A DNA stretch of 54,644 nt from Longimicrobiales bacterium (GCA_041690395.1 JAWLHJ010000002.1:721199-775842); one strand, 5' to 3'; numbered from the stretch's first letter, positions 1 to 10,964 are shown. Translations and numbers: made by a program. The notes: generated from the sequence alone by a model not told the origin.

Positions 1-8
1 CCGCCGCC

Positions 9-1244
9 TCAACCCCGCCCCGACGCCTCGGCCCGCCGCACCGCCACCGGGTCGGTCACGCGGGTGAGCAGCACCAGCCCGATGACGAACAGCGCGGTGA
101 GCGCCAGGAAGCCCGGTCGCTGATTGCCGCCCGCCGCCAACGTCACGTAGCCGAACATGGCGGGCCCGACGATCGACGAGGCCCGGCCGCAGAGCGCGTA
201 GAAGCCGAACATCTCGGCCTCCTTCCCGTCGGGCACGAGGGACGCCATGAAGGCGCGGCTCGCCGATTGGAGCGATCCGAGCCCCAGACCGGCGACAACG
301 GCCAGCGCCCAGAACACGTTCGGGTCCTCGACGAAGTAGGCCGAGATCCCGACCGTGATCCAGAGGACGATGACCCCGAGGAGCACCTTCTTCGGCCCGA
401 GCAGATCGGTGGGGCGGGAGAGCGCGAACGCCCCGACGAGGGCCGAGAACTGGACCACCAGGAAGAGCACGATGACAGCGTCGCGTTCGAAGCCGAACGT
501 CCGCGACGCCACGAGGCCCGCCATGGCGATGATGGTGAGCACTCCGTCGATATAGAAGAAGAAGGCGAAGAGGAACTTCCGTAGCTCCTTGTTCTCCCAC
601 ACCTCGGACAGGATCACGCGAAAGTTGGTGAACCCCCACCGCGCCGCTTCACCCAGTCCGACACCCGTCGGCTCGTCCTTCGGCAGGAAGAAGAACGCCG
701 GCAGCGAGAAGAGCAGGAAGAAGCCCGCCACGAGCAGCCACATGACGGGCGGCTGGTCGACGAACGGCAGCACCATGATGAGGCCCACCGCCGAGCCGAG
801 GTACCCGACGCCGAAGCCCAGCCCCGAGACCGAGCCCCTGCGGTCCGGCGGCGCGATGTCCGGCAGGTACGAGTTGTAGAAGACGTTGGCGCCCTCGAAG
901 CCGACGTTCGCGACGACGAAGAGGATGAAGCCCCAGAGCGCCATCCCGGACTGAAGCGTCGTCATGAGCGCGACCGCCCCGACGCACGCGGCCACGTAGC
1001 CGAACATGAAGCGCTTGCGCGCCCCGCTCCGGTCCGCGATCGCCCCGAGCAGCGGCGACGTCGTCGCGACGATCAGCGCCGAGAGGGACAGGGCGTTCCC
1101 CCACCACGAGGCGCCGGCGCCACCCGTCCCGCCGACTACGACGTCGGCGTAGAAGATCGGAAACACCGCCGTCGTCATGACGGCCGGAAAGACGGAATTG
1201 GCGAAATCGTAGAGCGCCCAGGCTCCGACCTGCTTCCTGTCCAC
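9..1244 (-). CDS. MFS transporter, UMF1/ATG22-like
   Basis: N-terminal WALYDFANS motif, about 12 hydrophobic segments, QSASRA motif; GTG start at 1244 behind a GAGGAG RBS (ORF track extends to 1346). Confidence 0.85.
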   Translation of the reverse strand: MDRKQVGAWALYDFANSVFPAVMTTAVFPIFYADVVVGGTGGAGASWWGNALSLSALIVATTSPLLGAIADRSGARKRFMFGYVAACVGAVALMTTLQSGMALWGFILFVVANVGFEGANVFYNSYLPDIAPPDRRGSVSGLGFGVGYLGSAVGLIMVLPFVDQPPVMWLLVAGFFLLFSLPAFFFLPKDEPTGVGLGEAARWGFTNFRVILSEVWENKELRKFLFAFFFYIDGVLTIIAMAGLVASRTFGFERDAVIVLFLVVQFSALVGAFALSRPTDLLGPKKVLLGVIVLWITVGISAYFVEDPNVFWALAVVAGLGLGSLQSASRAFMASLVPDGKEAEMFGFYALCGRASSIVGPAMFGYVTLAAGGNQRPGFLALTALFVIGLVLLTRVTDPVAVRRAEASGRG

Positions 1245-1471
1245 CTCGTCTCCTCTGCGCGGTCTCGTGCGGGCTCGGTATCGTGAACCGCGGCACGGTA
1301 GCGGCTCCGGGCGCCGACGGCCACCGCCCCGGGATACGTACGGCATGGCCCGCGGGCACGCCCCGGGCGTCGCGTGGGCCCCGGCGTCCGGGTCCCCGCG
1401 GTTGCGCCCGGCCGGGACCCTCGCGAATCTCGACTCCCTCCCCCATCCCCGACCGAACCCCCGACACGACG

Positions 1472-2248
1472 ATGAATCGACTGATCGGAAAACGCGTCCT
1501 GATCACCGGCGCGAGCGCCGGCATCGGCGAGGCATGCGCCCGCCGCTTCGCCGAGCAGGGAGCGCATCTCCTCCTGTCCGCGCGGCGCCTCGAGCGGGTG
1601 CAGGCGCTCGCAGAAGAGCTCCGCGAGGAGCACGGCATCGAGGCCCATGCCCACGCGGTCGACGTCACGGACCGCGACCGGGTCGCCGAGTACCGGAAGA
1701 CGCTGGAGCGGCTCGACCTCCTGCCGGACATCCTCGTGAACAACGCCGGCAAGGCGGTCGGCCTCGACAAGCTCCACGAGGGATCGCTGGACGACTGGGA
1801 CGACATGATCGACACCAACCTCAAGGGTGTCCTCCACATGTCCCGCGCCTTCCTTCCGCACATGGTCGAGCGGAACGCGGGACACGTCATCCACATCGGG
1901 AGCATCGCCGGCCGCTGGGCCTACCCGAAGGGCGCGGTCTACAACGCGACGAAGTTCGGGCTGCGGGCCATCGCCGAAGGCATGAACATGGACCTGCTCG
2001 GCACGAAGGTGCGTGTCTCCAGCGTGGACCCCGGCCTGACCGAGACCGAGTTCAGCGAGGTCCGCTTCCACGGCGACACCGAGCGGGCGAAGAGCGTCTA
2101 CGCCGACACGAAGCCGCTCACCGGTGACGATGTGGCCGACGCGGTCATCTACGTGGCGAACGTCCCCGAGCACGTGGACGTCTTCCAGCTCGTGCTCATG
2201 CCCACGGCGCAGCGCTCGGCCGGGTTGGTGGACCGGAACGGGGGTTGA
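1472..2248 (+). CDS. NADP-dependent short-chain dehydrogenase (YdfG-like)
   Basis: TGASAGIG, NNAG, YNATK catalytic motif, VDPGLTETEFS. Confidence 0.9.
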   Translation: MNRLIGKRVLITGASAGIGEACARRFAEQGAHLLLSARRLERVQALAEELREEHGIEAHAHAVDVTDRDRVAEYRKTLERLDLLPDILVNNAGKAVGLDKLHEGSLDDWDDMIDTNLKGVLHMSRAFLPHMVERNAGHVIHIGSIAGRWAYPKGAVYNATKFGLRAIAEGMNMDLLGTKVRVSSVDPGLTETEFSEVRFHGDTERAKSVYADTKPLTGDDVADAVIYVANVPEHVDVFQLVLMPTAQRSAGLVDRNGG

Positions 2249-3450
2249 GCCGGACGGACCCACGCGAGGGGGCCTCCCCTGTCCTCATCGTCTTCACGCT
2301 CTGGCTGCTGGTCTTCTCGTCCGCCAGCCAGATCATGATCATCTCGCCGATCCTCCCCATGATCGGCGACGAGCTGGGCATCCGCGACGCCGCCCTCGGC
2401 ACCCTCGTGTCGGCCTACTCCATCATGGTCGGCATCTTCGCGATCATCTCGGGGCCGATCTCCGACAAGATCGGACGACGGCGCATCCTCATGATCGGCG
2501 CAGGCACCATGACGGTGGCGCTTTCGCTGCACGGCTTCGTGACCGGGTACGTGTCGTTCCTCGCCGTCCGGGTGTTCGCGGGGATGGGCGGCGGGGTGCT
2601 GAGCGGCGCGGCGGTGTCGTACATCGGCGACTATTTCCCCTACGAGCGCCGGGGCTGGGCGACCGGATGGGTCATGAGCGGCGCGGCGTTCGGCCAGATC
2701 ATCGGGATCCCCCTGGGGATCGTCATCGCCGAGCGTCTCGGCTTCCGCGCCCCGTTCTACGTGTTCGCGGTGACCATGTCGGCGACCTGGCTGCTGCTCT
2801 TCCTCCGGGTTCCCCAGCCCGACGTCGTGCGGAGCCAGCACCGTCTCTCCATCGGCAAGGCCATCGAGGACTACGTGGCCATGCTCAAGCGCCCGGAGAT
2901 CGCCTGGGCCGCGACGGCGTTCTTCATGATGTTCCTGGGCGTCTCCGTGTTCGTCGTCTACCTCCCGACGTGGCTCGAGCGGGACCTGGGCGCGACCGGC
3001 GACCAGATCGCGGCGATGTTCTTCATCGGGGGCATCGCCAACGTCGTCACGGGCCCGCAGGTCGGGAAGCTGTCCGACCGCATCGGCCGCAAAGGCATCA
3101 TCCTGATGGCGTGCGTGGGACTCTCCATCGTCATGCTCCTCACGGTCCCGCTGGTGACGAACCTCGTGTGGGCCTACGTCATGTTCTTCCTGACCATGAT
3201 CCTGGTGGCCATGCGCATCAGCCCGTTCTCGGCCCTGCTCACCGCGTTGGTGAAGGACGACCGCCGGGGTTCGCTCATGAGCCTGACCGTCGCGCTGGGC
3301 CAGGTGGGCTTCGCGCTGGGAGGCGCCGTCGCCGGTCCGCTGTTCGCCGGGGTCGGATACCGATCGAACACGATTCTCGGTGCGGTGATGGTGCTCGGCA
3401 TGGGGCTCATCGTCTGGTTCCTGATCCCGGAGCCGACGCGCGACGGCTGA
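2245..3450 (+). CDS. MFS transporter (DHA1-like)
   Basis: Motif A GPISDKIGRR and GKLSDRIGRK; about 12 TM segments; overlaps the upstream stop codon. Confidence 0.88.
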   Translation: MSRTDPREGASPVLIVFTLWLLVFSSASQIMIISPILPMIGDELGIRDAALGTLVSAYSIMVGIFAIISGPISDKIGRRRILMIGAGTMTVALSLHGFVTGYVSFLAVRVFAGMGGGVLSGAAVSYIGDYFPYERRGWATGWVMSGAAFGQIIGIPLGIVIAERLGFRAPFYVFAVTMSATWLLLFLRVPQPDVVRSQHRLSIGKAIEDYVAMLKRPEIAWAATAFFMMFLGVSVFVVYLPTWLERDLGATGDQIAAMFFIGGIANVVTGPQVGKLSDRIGRKGIILMACVGLSIVMLLTVPLVTNLVWAYVMFFLTMILVAMRISPFSALLTALVKDDRRGSLMSLTVALGQVGFALGGAVAGPLFAGVGYRSNTILGAVMVLGMGLIVWFLIPEPTRDG

Positions 3451-3570
3451 GGCGAGCCGCTACGTGCCGGGCGGCCCGGCCGGCGGGACGGGTGGGCCGG
3501 GACCGCCGGGCCTGTATATTCGTGGCGTGTCCGGTGTCGGCGCCGGGCGCCCACCCCCCGCAGAGGAGCC

Positions 3571-4581
3571 GTGTTGACCCCCTCCACGACCGACAAGCTC
3601 AAGGTCCTCTTCGTGGAGGACGAGGTCGATCACGCGCTCCTCGTGCAGACGTTCTTCGCGGGGCTCCCCGACTTCGCGGTGACGCACTCGCAGGACGGAG
3701 ACCACGCCCTCCGACTTCTCGCCGAGCGGGAGTGGGACCTGATCGTCGCAGACCTCAACCTGCCGGGGGCGGACGGCTTCCAGGTCATCCGCGAGGCCAA
3801 GAGGAAGAACCGGCACGTCCCCATCCTGGCGACGACGGGCTATACGCAGGAGCACTACTGGGACCAGGCGTTCCGGGCCGGGGCGGACCAGGTGATGGTG
3901 AAGCCGCTCGACCGGGACGACTTCGTCGGCCGGGTCCGGTCGATGATGGGGTCGCGCACCCGGACCCGGGCGATGGCGGCGACCGGCCGGAGCACGGTGC
4001 TCGTGGTCGAGGGGCTGCTCGGCGACGGGATCATGGGGTGCGCCGGTGCCTGCGCGACGGCCATCGCGGCGGGCGCCCAGGTGGTGGTGCTTCCGATTCC
4101 CGTCGACCCACCGCGGGTGGATCCGGGGGAGTACGCGGCCGCCAAGGCCGCGGCGCGCACCCTCGGCTTGACGCTCCGGCTCGCCGAGTCGCTGGTCGGC
4201 GACTCCGACGCGATGGCGATGATGCTCGAGCGCGCCGTCGGCGAGCTGCGCCCGTCGGTGGTGTACGCTCCCGCCCGGGGCGACCGGCATCCATCGAGGG
4301 CGGCCGCATCGCGCATCGCGGCGGCGGCCGCGGGGGGACGGGTTCCGGTCTACGGGTACCAGACCGCCACGTCGCCCTCATCGTTCTCGCCGCAGAAGGT
4401 GCTCGATGTCTCCGGACACATGGAGGCGAAGACCGCCGCGCTGGCGGAGTTCGGTGAGGTCGGCACCACACGCAGGGACCTCGACCCCGGCCTGGCGCGC
4501 GCGTACGCTCGCTACTGGGGCAGACTGAAGGACTTCGGCGAGGTCGAGGTCTTCGAGATCATCCAGGAGAAGGACGCATGA
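3571..4581 (+). CDS. Response regulator receiver fused to a degenerate PIG-L/LmbE-like domain
   Basis: REC motifs VEDE, DLNLPGADG, T, KP; C-terminal half resembles the PIG-L fold (RPSVVYAP..GDRHP, DVSGHMEAK..AL, ARYWG..EVF). Confidence 0.7.
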   Translation: MLTPSTTDKLKVLFVEDEVDHALLVQTFFAGLPDFAVTHSQDGDHALRLLAEREWDLIVADLNLPGADGFQVIREAKRKNRHVPILATTGYTQEHYWDQAFRAGADQVMVKPLDRDDFVGRVRSMMGSRTRTRAMAATGRSTVLVVEGLLGDGIMGCAGACATAIAAGAQVVVLPIPVDPPRVDPGEYAAAKAAARTLGLTLRLAESLVGDSDAMAMMLERAVGELRPSVVYAPARGDRHPSRAAASRIAAAAAGGRVPVYGYQTATSPSSFSPQKVLDVSGHMEAKTAALAEFGEVGTTRRDLDPGLARAYARYWGRLKDFGEVEVFEIIQEKDA

Positions 4582-6281
4582 TGCCGTTCCGTATACCGCT
4601 CGTCGTCGTGACCGCGTGGGCCCTGCTCGCCACCGGGACCGCGTCGCTGCACGCCCAGGAGCCGGTCCCCATCCAGGCCGGCGTGGCCCCCGCGCCCGGG
4701 CCCTACGCCCCCGGCGTGGACGTGCGCCACTACGAGGTCGAGATCGCGCTCACGGCCGGTTCCGACCGGATCGAGGCGCGTGCCGAGCTCCAGGTCGCGG
4801 TGGAAGCCCACCGGGCGACGCTGCCGCTCGACTTCACGGGCCTCGAGATCACGGGCCTCACGGTGGACGGCGCCACGGTCCCGTACCTGCACGAGGAGGG
4901 TGTCGTCCGGATCCCGCTCGGAGGGGCAGTGCCCGGTGACGTCGTGACGGTCGCGATCGACTACCGGGGCGTCCCCGACGACGGCCTCATCCTGCGCGAC
5001 AACGTGCACGGCGACCCCGCCGCCTTCGTGGACAACTGGCCCAACCGGACCCGCTTCTGGCTCCCCACTGTCGATCATCCCGCCGACAAGGCGACCGTGC
5101 GCTACACGGTGCACGCGCCCGCGGCCTGGAAGGTGATCGCCAACGGGCACCTGGTCACCGAGGCGGGCCCGACACCGGCCGACGCGCTCGGGTCGGGCGC
5201 CGACCGCCGCACCTGGGTGTGGGAGGTCGGTGTGCCGATCTCGACCTACAACATGGTCATCGGCGCCGCGGACATGGAGATCACCACCGTGGGGCTCGCG
5301 GCGTGCGGCCGGGCTCCGGCGAGCCGGCGCGACGACGGCTGCGTGGAGGTCACCACCTGGATCTTCCCCCAGGACGTCGCCAACGCCGAGCCGTCGTTCC
5401 GGCGCGCCGCCCAGATGACCGACTACTTCACCGAGCTGGTCGGCGACTTCCCCTTCGAGAAGCTCGCCAACGTCCAGTCGGCCACCCGCTTCGGCGGCAT
5501 GGAGAACGCCTCGGCCATCTTCTACTCGGAGCAGGCGATCGCCGCCGGACGCGACATCGAGGGCACCGTCTCCCACGAGATCGCGCACCAGTGGTTCGGC
5601 GACGCCGTGACCGAGTCGAGCTGGAGCCACCTCTGGCTCTCGGAGGGCTTCGCGACCTACTTCGGAGCGCTCTTCTTCGAGGCCGCCGACGGCGTAGAGG
5701 ACTTCCGTGAGCGGATGGAGGGGAGCCGGGCCCGGGTCGTCGCCTCCGCGGATTCGGACAAGCCGGTCATCGATCCCGACGAGACGGACCTGTTCGCGCT
5801 CCTGAACGACAACAACTACCCGAAGGGCGGGTGGGTTCTGCACATGCTGCGCGGTCTGCTCGGCGACGAGGTGTTCTTCGAGGGGATCCGGGCGTACTAC
5901 CGGCGCCACCTGCACAGCGCGGTTCTCACCGAGGACTTCCAGGCGGTCATGGAGGAGGTCTCGCGCCGCGACCTCGACTGGTTCTTCACGCAGTGGCTCT
6001 ACCGGCCCGGACACCCGGTGTTCGAGGTGGAGGAACGCTGGATCCCAGGCGACGCCGGGAGGGGGGTCGCGGAAGTCGTCGTGCGCCAGGTCCAGAAGGA
6101 GGCCTGGCCACGGTTCCGCGTGCCGCTGGAGCTCTGCTGGGGCGAGGGCGCTGAGCGGGTCTGCCGCGAGGCGGTGTCGGGCTCCGCGAGCGACGTCTTC
6201 CGCTTCGAGATGGGCGCCGAGCCGAGCAGTCCGGTCGCGCTCGACCCGGACGGATGGGTCCTCAAGGAGTTGCGCCCCTGA
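4578..6281 (+). CDS. Secreted M1 family aminopeptidase
   Basis: Signal peptide, GGMEN, HEIAH-x18-E, YPKG. Confidence 0.92.
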   Translation: MMPFRIPLVVVTAWALLATGTASLHAQEPVPIQAGVAPAPGPYAPGVDVRHYEVEIALTAGSDRIEARAELQVAVEAHRATLPLDFTGLEITGLTVDGATVPYLHEEGVVRIPLGGAVPGDVVTVAIDYRGVPDDGLILRDNVHGDPAAFVDNWPNRTRFWLPTVDHPADKATVRYTVHAPAAWKVIANGHLVTEAGPTPADALGSGADRRTWVWEVGVPISTYNMVIGAADMEITTVGLAACGRAPASRRDDGCVEVTTWIFPQDVANAEPSFRRAAQMTDYFTELVGDFPFEKLANVQSATRFGGMENASAIFYSEQAIAAGRDIEGTVSHEIAHQWFGDAVTESSWSHLWLSEGFATYFGALFFEAADGVEDFRERMEGSRARVVASADSDKPVIDPDETDLFALLNDNNYPKGGWVLHMLRGLLGDEVFFEGIRAYYRRHLHSAVLTEDFQAVMEEVSRRDLDWFFTQWLYRPGHPVFEVEERWIPGDAGRGVAEVVVRQVQKEAWPRFRVPLELCWGEGAERVCREAVSGSASDVFRFEMGAEPSSPVALDPDGWVLKELRP

Positions 6282-6405
6282 CGGGAATCGCCCGCCGACC
6301 GCGAGACGTGACCCGCGCCGCCGGCGGCCCGCGCCGGTTGCGGACCCGGGGCGCGTCCGGCGAGTTTGAGGGTTCCCAAAGTCGCTCCCCGACCCCCACA
6401 GGACC

Positions 6406-7356
6406 GTGCACCTAGACTTCGAGCGAGACATCGTCGAGATCCAGACGCAGATCGACAAGCTGCTCGACCTCGCGGACCGTAAAGGCATCGACGTCTCGGA
6501 CGAGGTCTCCGTGCTGAGGAGCAAGTTGAACGACCTCAAGCGCGACACCTACGACAATCTGGCCCCGATCGAGCAGGTGCAGGTGGCCCGCCATCCGCAG
6601 CGGCCGTACACGCTCGACTACATCGAGCGGATCTTCACCGACTGGGTGGAGTTGGCCGGGGACCGCAACTACCGGGACGACGAAGCGATCGTGGCGGGCT
6701 GGGGCCGCCTCAACGGGCGCTCGGTCATGATCGTGGGCCAGCAGAAGGGCCGCGACATGAAGGAGAACCTGCGCCGCAACTTCGGCATGCCGCATCCCGA
6801 GGGATACCGGAAGGCCCTCCGCCTCATGCGCCAGGCCGAGAAGTTCGGACGCCCGGTCATCACGTTCATCGACACCCCCGGTGCGTACCCCGGCATCGGC
6901 TCGGAGGAGCGCGGCATCGGCGAGGCCATCGCCTTCAATCTCCGGGAGATGGCGCGGCTGCGCGTCCCCGTGGTGTCGGCGGTGATCGGCGAGGGGATGT
7001 CGGGCGGGGCGCTCGGTATCGGGGTGACCGACAAGATCCTCATGCTCGAGCACGCGATCTACTCGGTCATCTCGCCCGAGGGGTGCGCCGCGATCCTGTG
7101 GCGCTCGGCCGAGCACAAGGAAAAGGCCGCCACGGCGCTCAAGCTGACCGCCCGCGACCTGAAGCGTCTGGGCGTCTGCGACGAGATCGTGCCCGAGCCC
7201 GAAGGCGGAGCCCATACCGACTGGGACGGCGCCGCCGACCGGCTCGCAAGCAGCCTCGAGCGGGTGATCGGTGAGCTGGAGAAGCTCCCGGTGGACGATC
7301 TCCGCGAGCGCCGGTGGGAGAAGTACGAAGCCATCGGCGCCTGGCAAGAAGCGTAG
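6406..7356 (+). CDS. accA: Acetyl-CoA carboxylase carboxyltransferase alpha subunit
   Basis: LDFE, ARHPQRP, NFGMPHPEGYRKA, DTPGAYPG, SVISPEGCA. Confidence 0.96.
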   Translation: MHLDFERDIVEIQTQIDKLLDLADRKGIDVSDEVSVLRSKLNDLKRDTYDNLAPIEQVQVARHPQRPYTLDYIERIFTDWVELAGDRNYRDDEAIVAGWGRLNGRSVMIVGQQKGRDMKENLRRNFGMPHPEGYRKALRLMRQAEKFGRPVITFIDTPGAYPGIGSEERGIGEAIAFNLREMARLRVPVVSAVIGEGMSGGALGIGVTDKILMLEHAIYSVISPEGCAAILWRSAEHKEKAATALKLTARDLKRLGVCDEIVPEPEGGAHTDWDGAADRLASSLERVIGELEKLPVDDLRERRWEKYEAIGAWQEA

Positions 7357-7365
7357 CCCCGGGCC

Positions 7366-8205
7366 ATGGCCGGTTTCGCAGAAGTTCGGTTCAAGGGCAC
7401 CCGCAAGGAGTACTACTCGTACTCCGGGCTCGACGTGCGCACCGGCCAGCACGTGATCGTCGAAGCCGACCGGGGCCAGGACCTCGGTCTCGTCTCCGCG
7501 ATCGGCGTCGTGGCGGAGCGGAAGTGCTCCTCGTCGGGCGGCTGCTCCACGCCCACACCCGAGAACCGCATCGTCCGGGCCGCCGAGGCGACCGAGGTGG
7601 AACGCATCGAGTCGCTCCGGTCCGACGAGGACCGGGTCCGGGCCGAGACGAAGAAGCTGGTCGCAAAGCACGGCCTCCGCATGAAGGTCACCGAGGCCGA
7701 GTGGCAGTTCGACCGCAACAAGCTGATCATCTACTTCACGGCCGAGAAGCGGGTGGACTTCCGTGAGCTCGTCCGGGACCTGGCGAGGACGTTCCGCACC
7801 CGCATCGAGCTGAAGCAGATCGGCGTTCGCGACGAGGCCGCGCTGCTCGGCGGGGTGGGCCGCTGCGGCCGCGAGCTCTGCTGCTCGACCTGGCTGCCGG
7901 AGCTCAAGCCGGTCTCGCTCCAGCTCGCCAAGGACCAGCGCCTGTCGCTCAACCCCGCCCAGATCAGCGGGTGCTGCGGCCGCCTCATGTGCTGCCTCAT
8001 GTACGAACACCGCACCTACGTCGAAGCGCGCCGCCGCTTCCCCCGCGAGGGGCGGAAGATCAGGACCGCCCGCGGCGAGGAGAGGGTGGTGGCGGTGGAC
8101 ATCTGGGCGGATACCGTCAGCTTGCGGGACGCCGAGGGCGAGCGCAGGACCGTGCCGCTCGCCGATCTGAAAGTGGAAGTGAGCAAGGCGCCGGAGCGGG
8201 ACTGA
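7366..8205 (+). CDS. ricT: PSP1-domain protein RicT/YaaT
   Basis: RVDFRELV, RIELKQIGVRDEA, CGRELCC, GCCGRLMCCL; located upstream of metG. Confidence 0.9.
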   Translation: MAGFAEVRFKGTRKEYYSYSGLDVRTGQHVIVEADRGQDLGLVSAIGVVAERKCSSSGGCSTPTPENRIVRAAEATEVERIESLRSDEDRVRAETKKLVAKHGLRMKVTEAEWQFDRNKLIIYFTAEKRVDFRELVRDLARTFRTRIELKQIGVRDEAALLGGVGRCGRELCCSTWLPELKPVSLQLAKDQRLSLNPAQISGCCGRLMCCLMYEHRTYVEARRRFPREGRKIRTARGEERVVAVDIWADTVSLRDAEGERRTVPLADLKVEVSKAPERD

Positions 8206-8265
8206 GACCCGCCCCCCGGCGCCCACGAGCCCATCCGTCGAAGCCCGGAACCGAGACACGCGATC

Positions 8266-9819
8266 GTGCAGCGCCGCACCTACCTCACCACGCCGATCTA
8301 CTACGCCTCCGGCGAGCCGCACCTCGGCCACGCCTACACCACGATCCTGGCCGACGTGCTCGCGCGCTTCGACCGCCAGGACGGCGCCGACGTCTTTTTC
8401 CTGACGGGCACGGACGAACACGGCCAGAAGATCCAGGACGAGGCGAAGAAGCGCGGCATGGAGCCCCTCGAGCTGTGCGACCTCATGGCCGAGCGCTTCC
8501 GCGCCGCCTGGGACACCCTCGGCATCTCCCACGACCGCTTCATCCGCACGACCGAGAAGGAGCATGTCGACGTCGTCCGGGCCTTCCTCGAGCGCCTCTG
8601 GGATCGTGGGGAGATCTACGAGGGGAGCTACTCGGGGTGGTACTGCGTCCACGAGGAGCGCTACTGGACCGACAAGGACCTCGGACCCGACCAGACCTGC
8701 CCCGACTGCGGCCGCCCCGTCCAGCGCGTGGAGGAGAAGAACTACTTCTTCCGCATGAGCGCCTACCAGGAGCGGCTCGTCCGGCACATCGAGGAGCATC
8801 CCGAGTGGATCGTCCCCGAGGAGCGTCGCAACGAGATCCTCGGCTTCCTCCGGCAACCGCTCGGCGACCTGTCGATCTCGCGGCCGAAGAGCCGGCTCAC
8901 CTGGGGGATCGAGCTCCCGTTCGACGACGAGCACGTGGCCTACGTCTGGGTCGACGCGCTCATCAACTACCTGACCGCGTCGGGCGCGATCACGCCGGAG
9001 GCCGAGCCCGGCGCCCAGGGTTTCGACGACGTCTCCGGCTCCTGGTGGCCCGCCGACCTGCACATCGTGGGCAAGGACATCATCACCACGCACGCGGTCT
9101 ACTGGCCGACGCTGTTGATGGCGGTCGGGCTCCCCGTGCCGCGGCGCATCCTCGCGCACGGCTGGTGGGTGGTCGGCGAGACCAAGATGAGCAAGTCGCT
9201 CGGCAACGTCGTCGACCCGCTGGCGCTCCGCGAGGAATTCGGGACGGACGCGGTGCGGTGGTACCTGCTCCGCGAGATGCCGACGGGCGGCGATGCGTCG
9301 TATACCCCCGAGCGCTTCCTGACGCGCTACGACGAGCTCGCGAACATCCTGGGCAACCTGGCGAGCCGGGCCCTGTCGATGATCGGCAAGTACCGGGGCG
9401 GCGTGGTGCCGGCCGGACCGGACGACGGGCTCGCCGAGCCGGTCGCGACGGCCCTCGAGGACGCCCGCGCCGCCATGGCCGAGTACCGCGTGCACGAGGC
9501 GCTCGCGGCCGCCATGGACCTCGCCCGGGTCGCGAACGGCTACGTCGAGGAGCGCCAGCCCTGGGCCCAGGCCAAGGACGAAGGTGCCCCCGAAGCCCTC
9601 GACGAGACCCTCGCCACGCTGGCCAGGGTGCTCACGGTCCTGTGCTCGCTCTTCGAGCCGGTTACGCCCGAGAAGATGGCAATCCTTGCAGAACGCCTCG
9701 GTCTCGACGCAGTCCCCACCCTCCGCGAAGCCCGCGAGATCACCCTCGCCGGACGCGAAACGACCAAGGGAGACGGGCTTTTTCCCAAGGTGGAGCCATC
9801 CTGGGCCCGCGAGAGCTGA
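8266..9819 (+). CDS. metG: Methionine--tRNA ligase (short form without C-terminal dimerisation domain)
   Basis: TTPIYY, HLGH, TGTDEHG, YVWVDAL, KMSKS. Confidence 0.96.
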   Translation: MQRRTYLTTPIYYASGEPHLGHAYTTILADVLARFDRQDGADVFFLTGTDEHGQKIQDEAKKRGMEPLELCDLMAERFRAAWDTLGISHDRFIRTTEKEHVDVVRAFLERLWDRGEIYEGSYSGWYCVHEERYWTDKDLGPDQTCPDCGRPVQRVEEKNYFFRMSAYQERLVRHIEEHPEWIVPEERRNEILGFLRQPLGDLSISRPKSRLTWGIELPFDDEHVAYVWVDALINYLTASGAITPEAEPGAQGFDDVSGSWWPADLHIVGKDIITTHAVYWPTLLMAVGLPVPRRILAHGWWVVGETKMSKSLGNVVDPLALREEFGTDAVRWYLLREMPTGGDASYTPERFLTRYDELANILGNLASRALSMIGKYRGGVVPAGPDDGLAEPVATALEDARAAMAEYRVHEALAAAMDLARVANGYVEERQPWAQAKDEGAPEALDETLATLARVLTVLCSLFEPVTPEKMAILAERLGLDAVPTLREAREITLAGRETTKGDGLFPKVEPSWARES

Positions 9820-10031
9820 TCCGCGCCCGAACTCGGTACGTCCCTTGCACCCGACTTGCCCGCAGGCGGAGCCGGTCCTCTCGATCCGGCCCGTCGTGCT
9901 TGGTTGACACATGGTTCCGAGGCGGCCTAGCTTTCCGGCTGCCGCGAAGGTCCAGACTCCGGCTCTGCCGGCCGGACGGTGGGTTGGGCGGGGACGTGTG
10001 GAAAGGGGCTCACCAGCACCGAGGCTGATTT

Positions 10032-10964
10032 ATGAAGGGAGACAGATGGACCTTTCTCGTCCTGCGAGGTGAGGACGGACCGGTTCGCCAATACTCCGTC
10101 TCGGCGCGGGCCGTCCATGCGAGCGCATGGGTCGGTGGATTCGTGCTCCTGGCCGTCCTGGCGTTCAGCTTCGGGATCGGTTTGGACGGCGCGGGTCAGA
10201 TCAAGGCGGCGGTGCTCGAAGCCCGGAACGATGCTCTCGAGACCGAGCTGCAGGAGTTCCAGCAGCGGATCGCGGGGCTCGAGTCGACGCTCGACCGGGT
10301 GGCCGCGAACGACGCCCAGTTCCGGACCATCGCCGGGCTCGAGGCCATCGAGCCCGAGGTGCTGCAGGCCGGAGTAGGTGGTCCGGGGCTCGGCACGCCC
10401 GAGTCTTCGTCCCTCCACCCGACCGACCCGGACCTCGCCAGGTCCCTCTTCGCGGTCTCCTACGACCTGAGCGCTCTCGAGCGCCGCGCCCGGCTGCTCT
10501 CCGAGAGCCTGGAGACGGTGACGGACTCGGTACGCGCGCATCGCGACCTCCTCGAGTCCACGCCGTCCATCCTCCCGACGTCGGGGTGGCTGTCGAGCCG
10601 CTACTCGCGGTCCCGCATGCACCCGATCCACAACCGTCCGATGGCCCACACCGGCCTGGACATCTCGGCTCCCACCGGTACGCCGATCTACGCGGCCGCC
10701 AAGGGCCGGGTAACGCGGGCGGGCTTCGTGGTCGGCTACGGTCTGACCGTCGAGATCGACCACGGCTACGGGTACTCCACCCTGTACGCCCACGCCTCCA
10801 AGCTCATCGCGCAGGTAGGCCAGGAAGTGCAGCGCGGCGAGATGATCGCGCAGGTCGGCAGCACCGGGATCGCCACCGCCCCCAACCTCCACTACGAGGT
10901 GCGGGTGGACGGGCGCGCAGAGGATCCGGCGCGTTACATCCTGCCCGAGACGCTTCGTTATTGA
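10032..10964 (+). CDS. M23 family metallopeptidase with coiled coil
   Basis: HTGLD, YAH, STG..TAPNLHYE; N-terminal TM segment and coiled coil. Confidence 0.9.
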   Translation: MKGDRWTFLVLRGEDGPVRQYSVSARAVHASAWVGGFVLLAVLAFSFGIGLDGAGQIKAAVLEARNDALETELQEFQQRIAGLESTLDRVAANDAQFRTIAGLEAIEPEVLQAGVGGPGLGTPESSSLHPTDPDLARSLFAVSYDLSALERRARLLSESLETVTDSVRAHRDLLESTPSILPTSGWLSSRYSRSRMHPIHNRPMAHTGLDISAPTGTPIYAAAKGRVTRAGFVVGYGLTVEIDHGYGYSTLYAHASKLIAQVGQEVQRGEMIAQVGSTGIATAPNLHYEVRVDGRAEDPARYILPETLRY

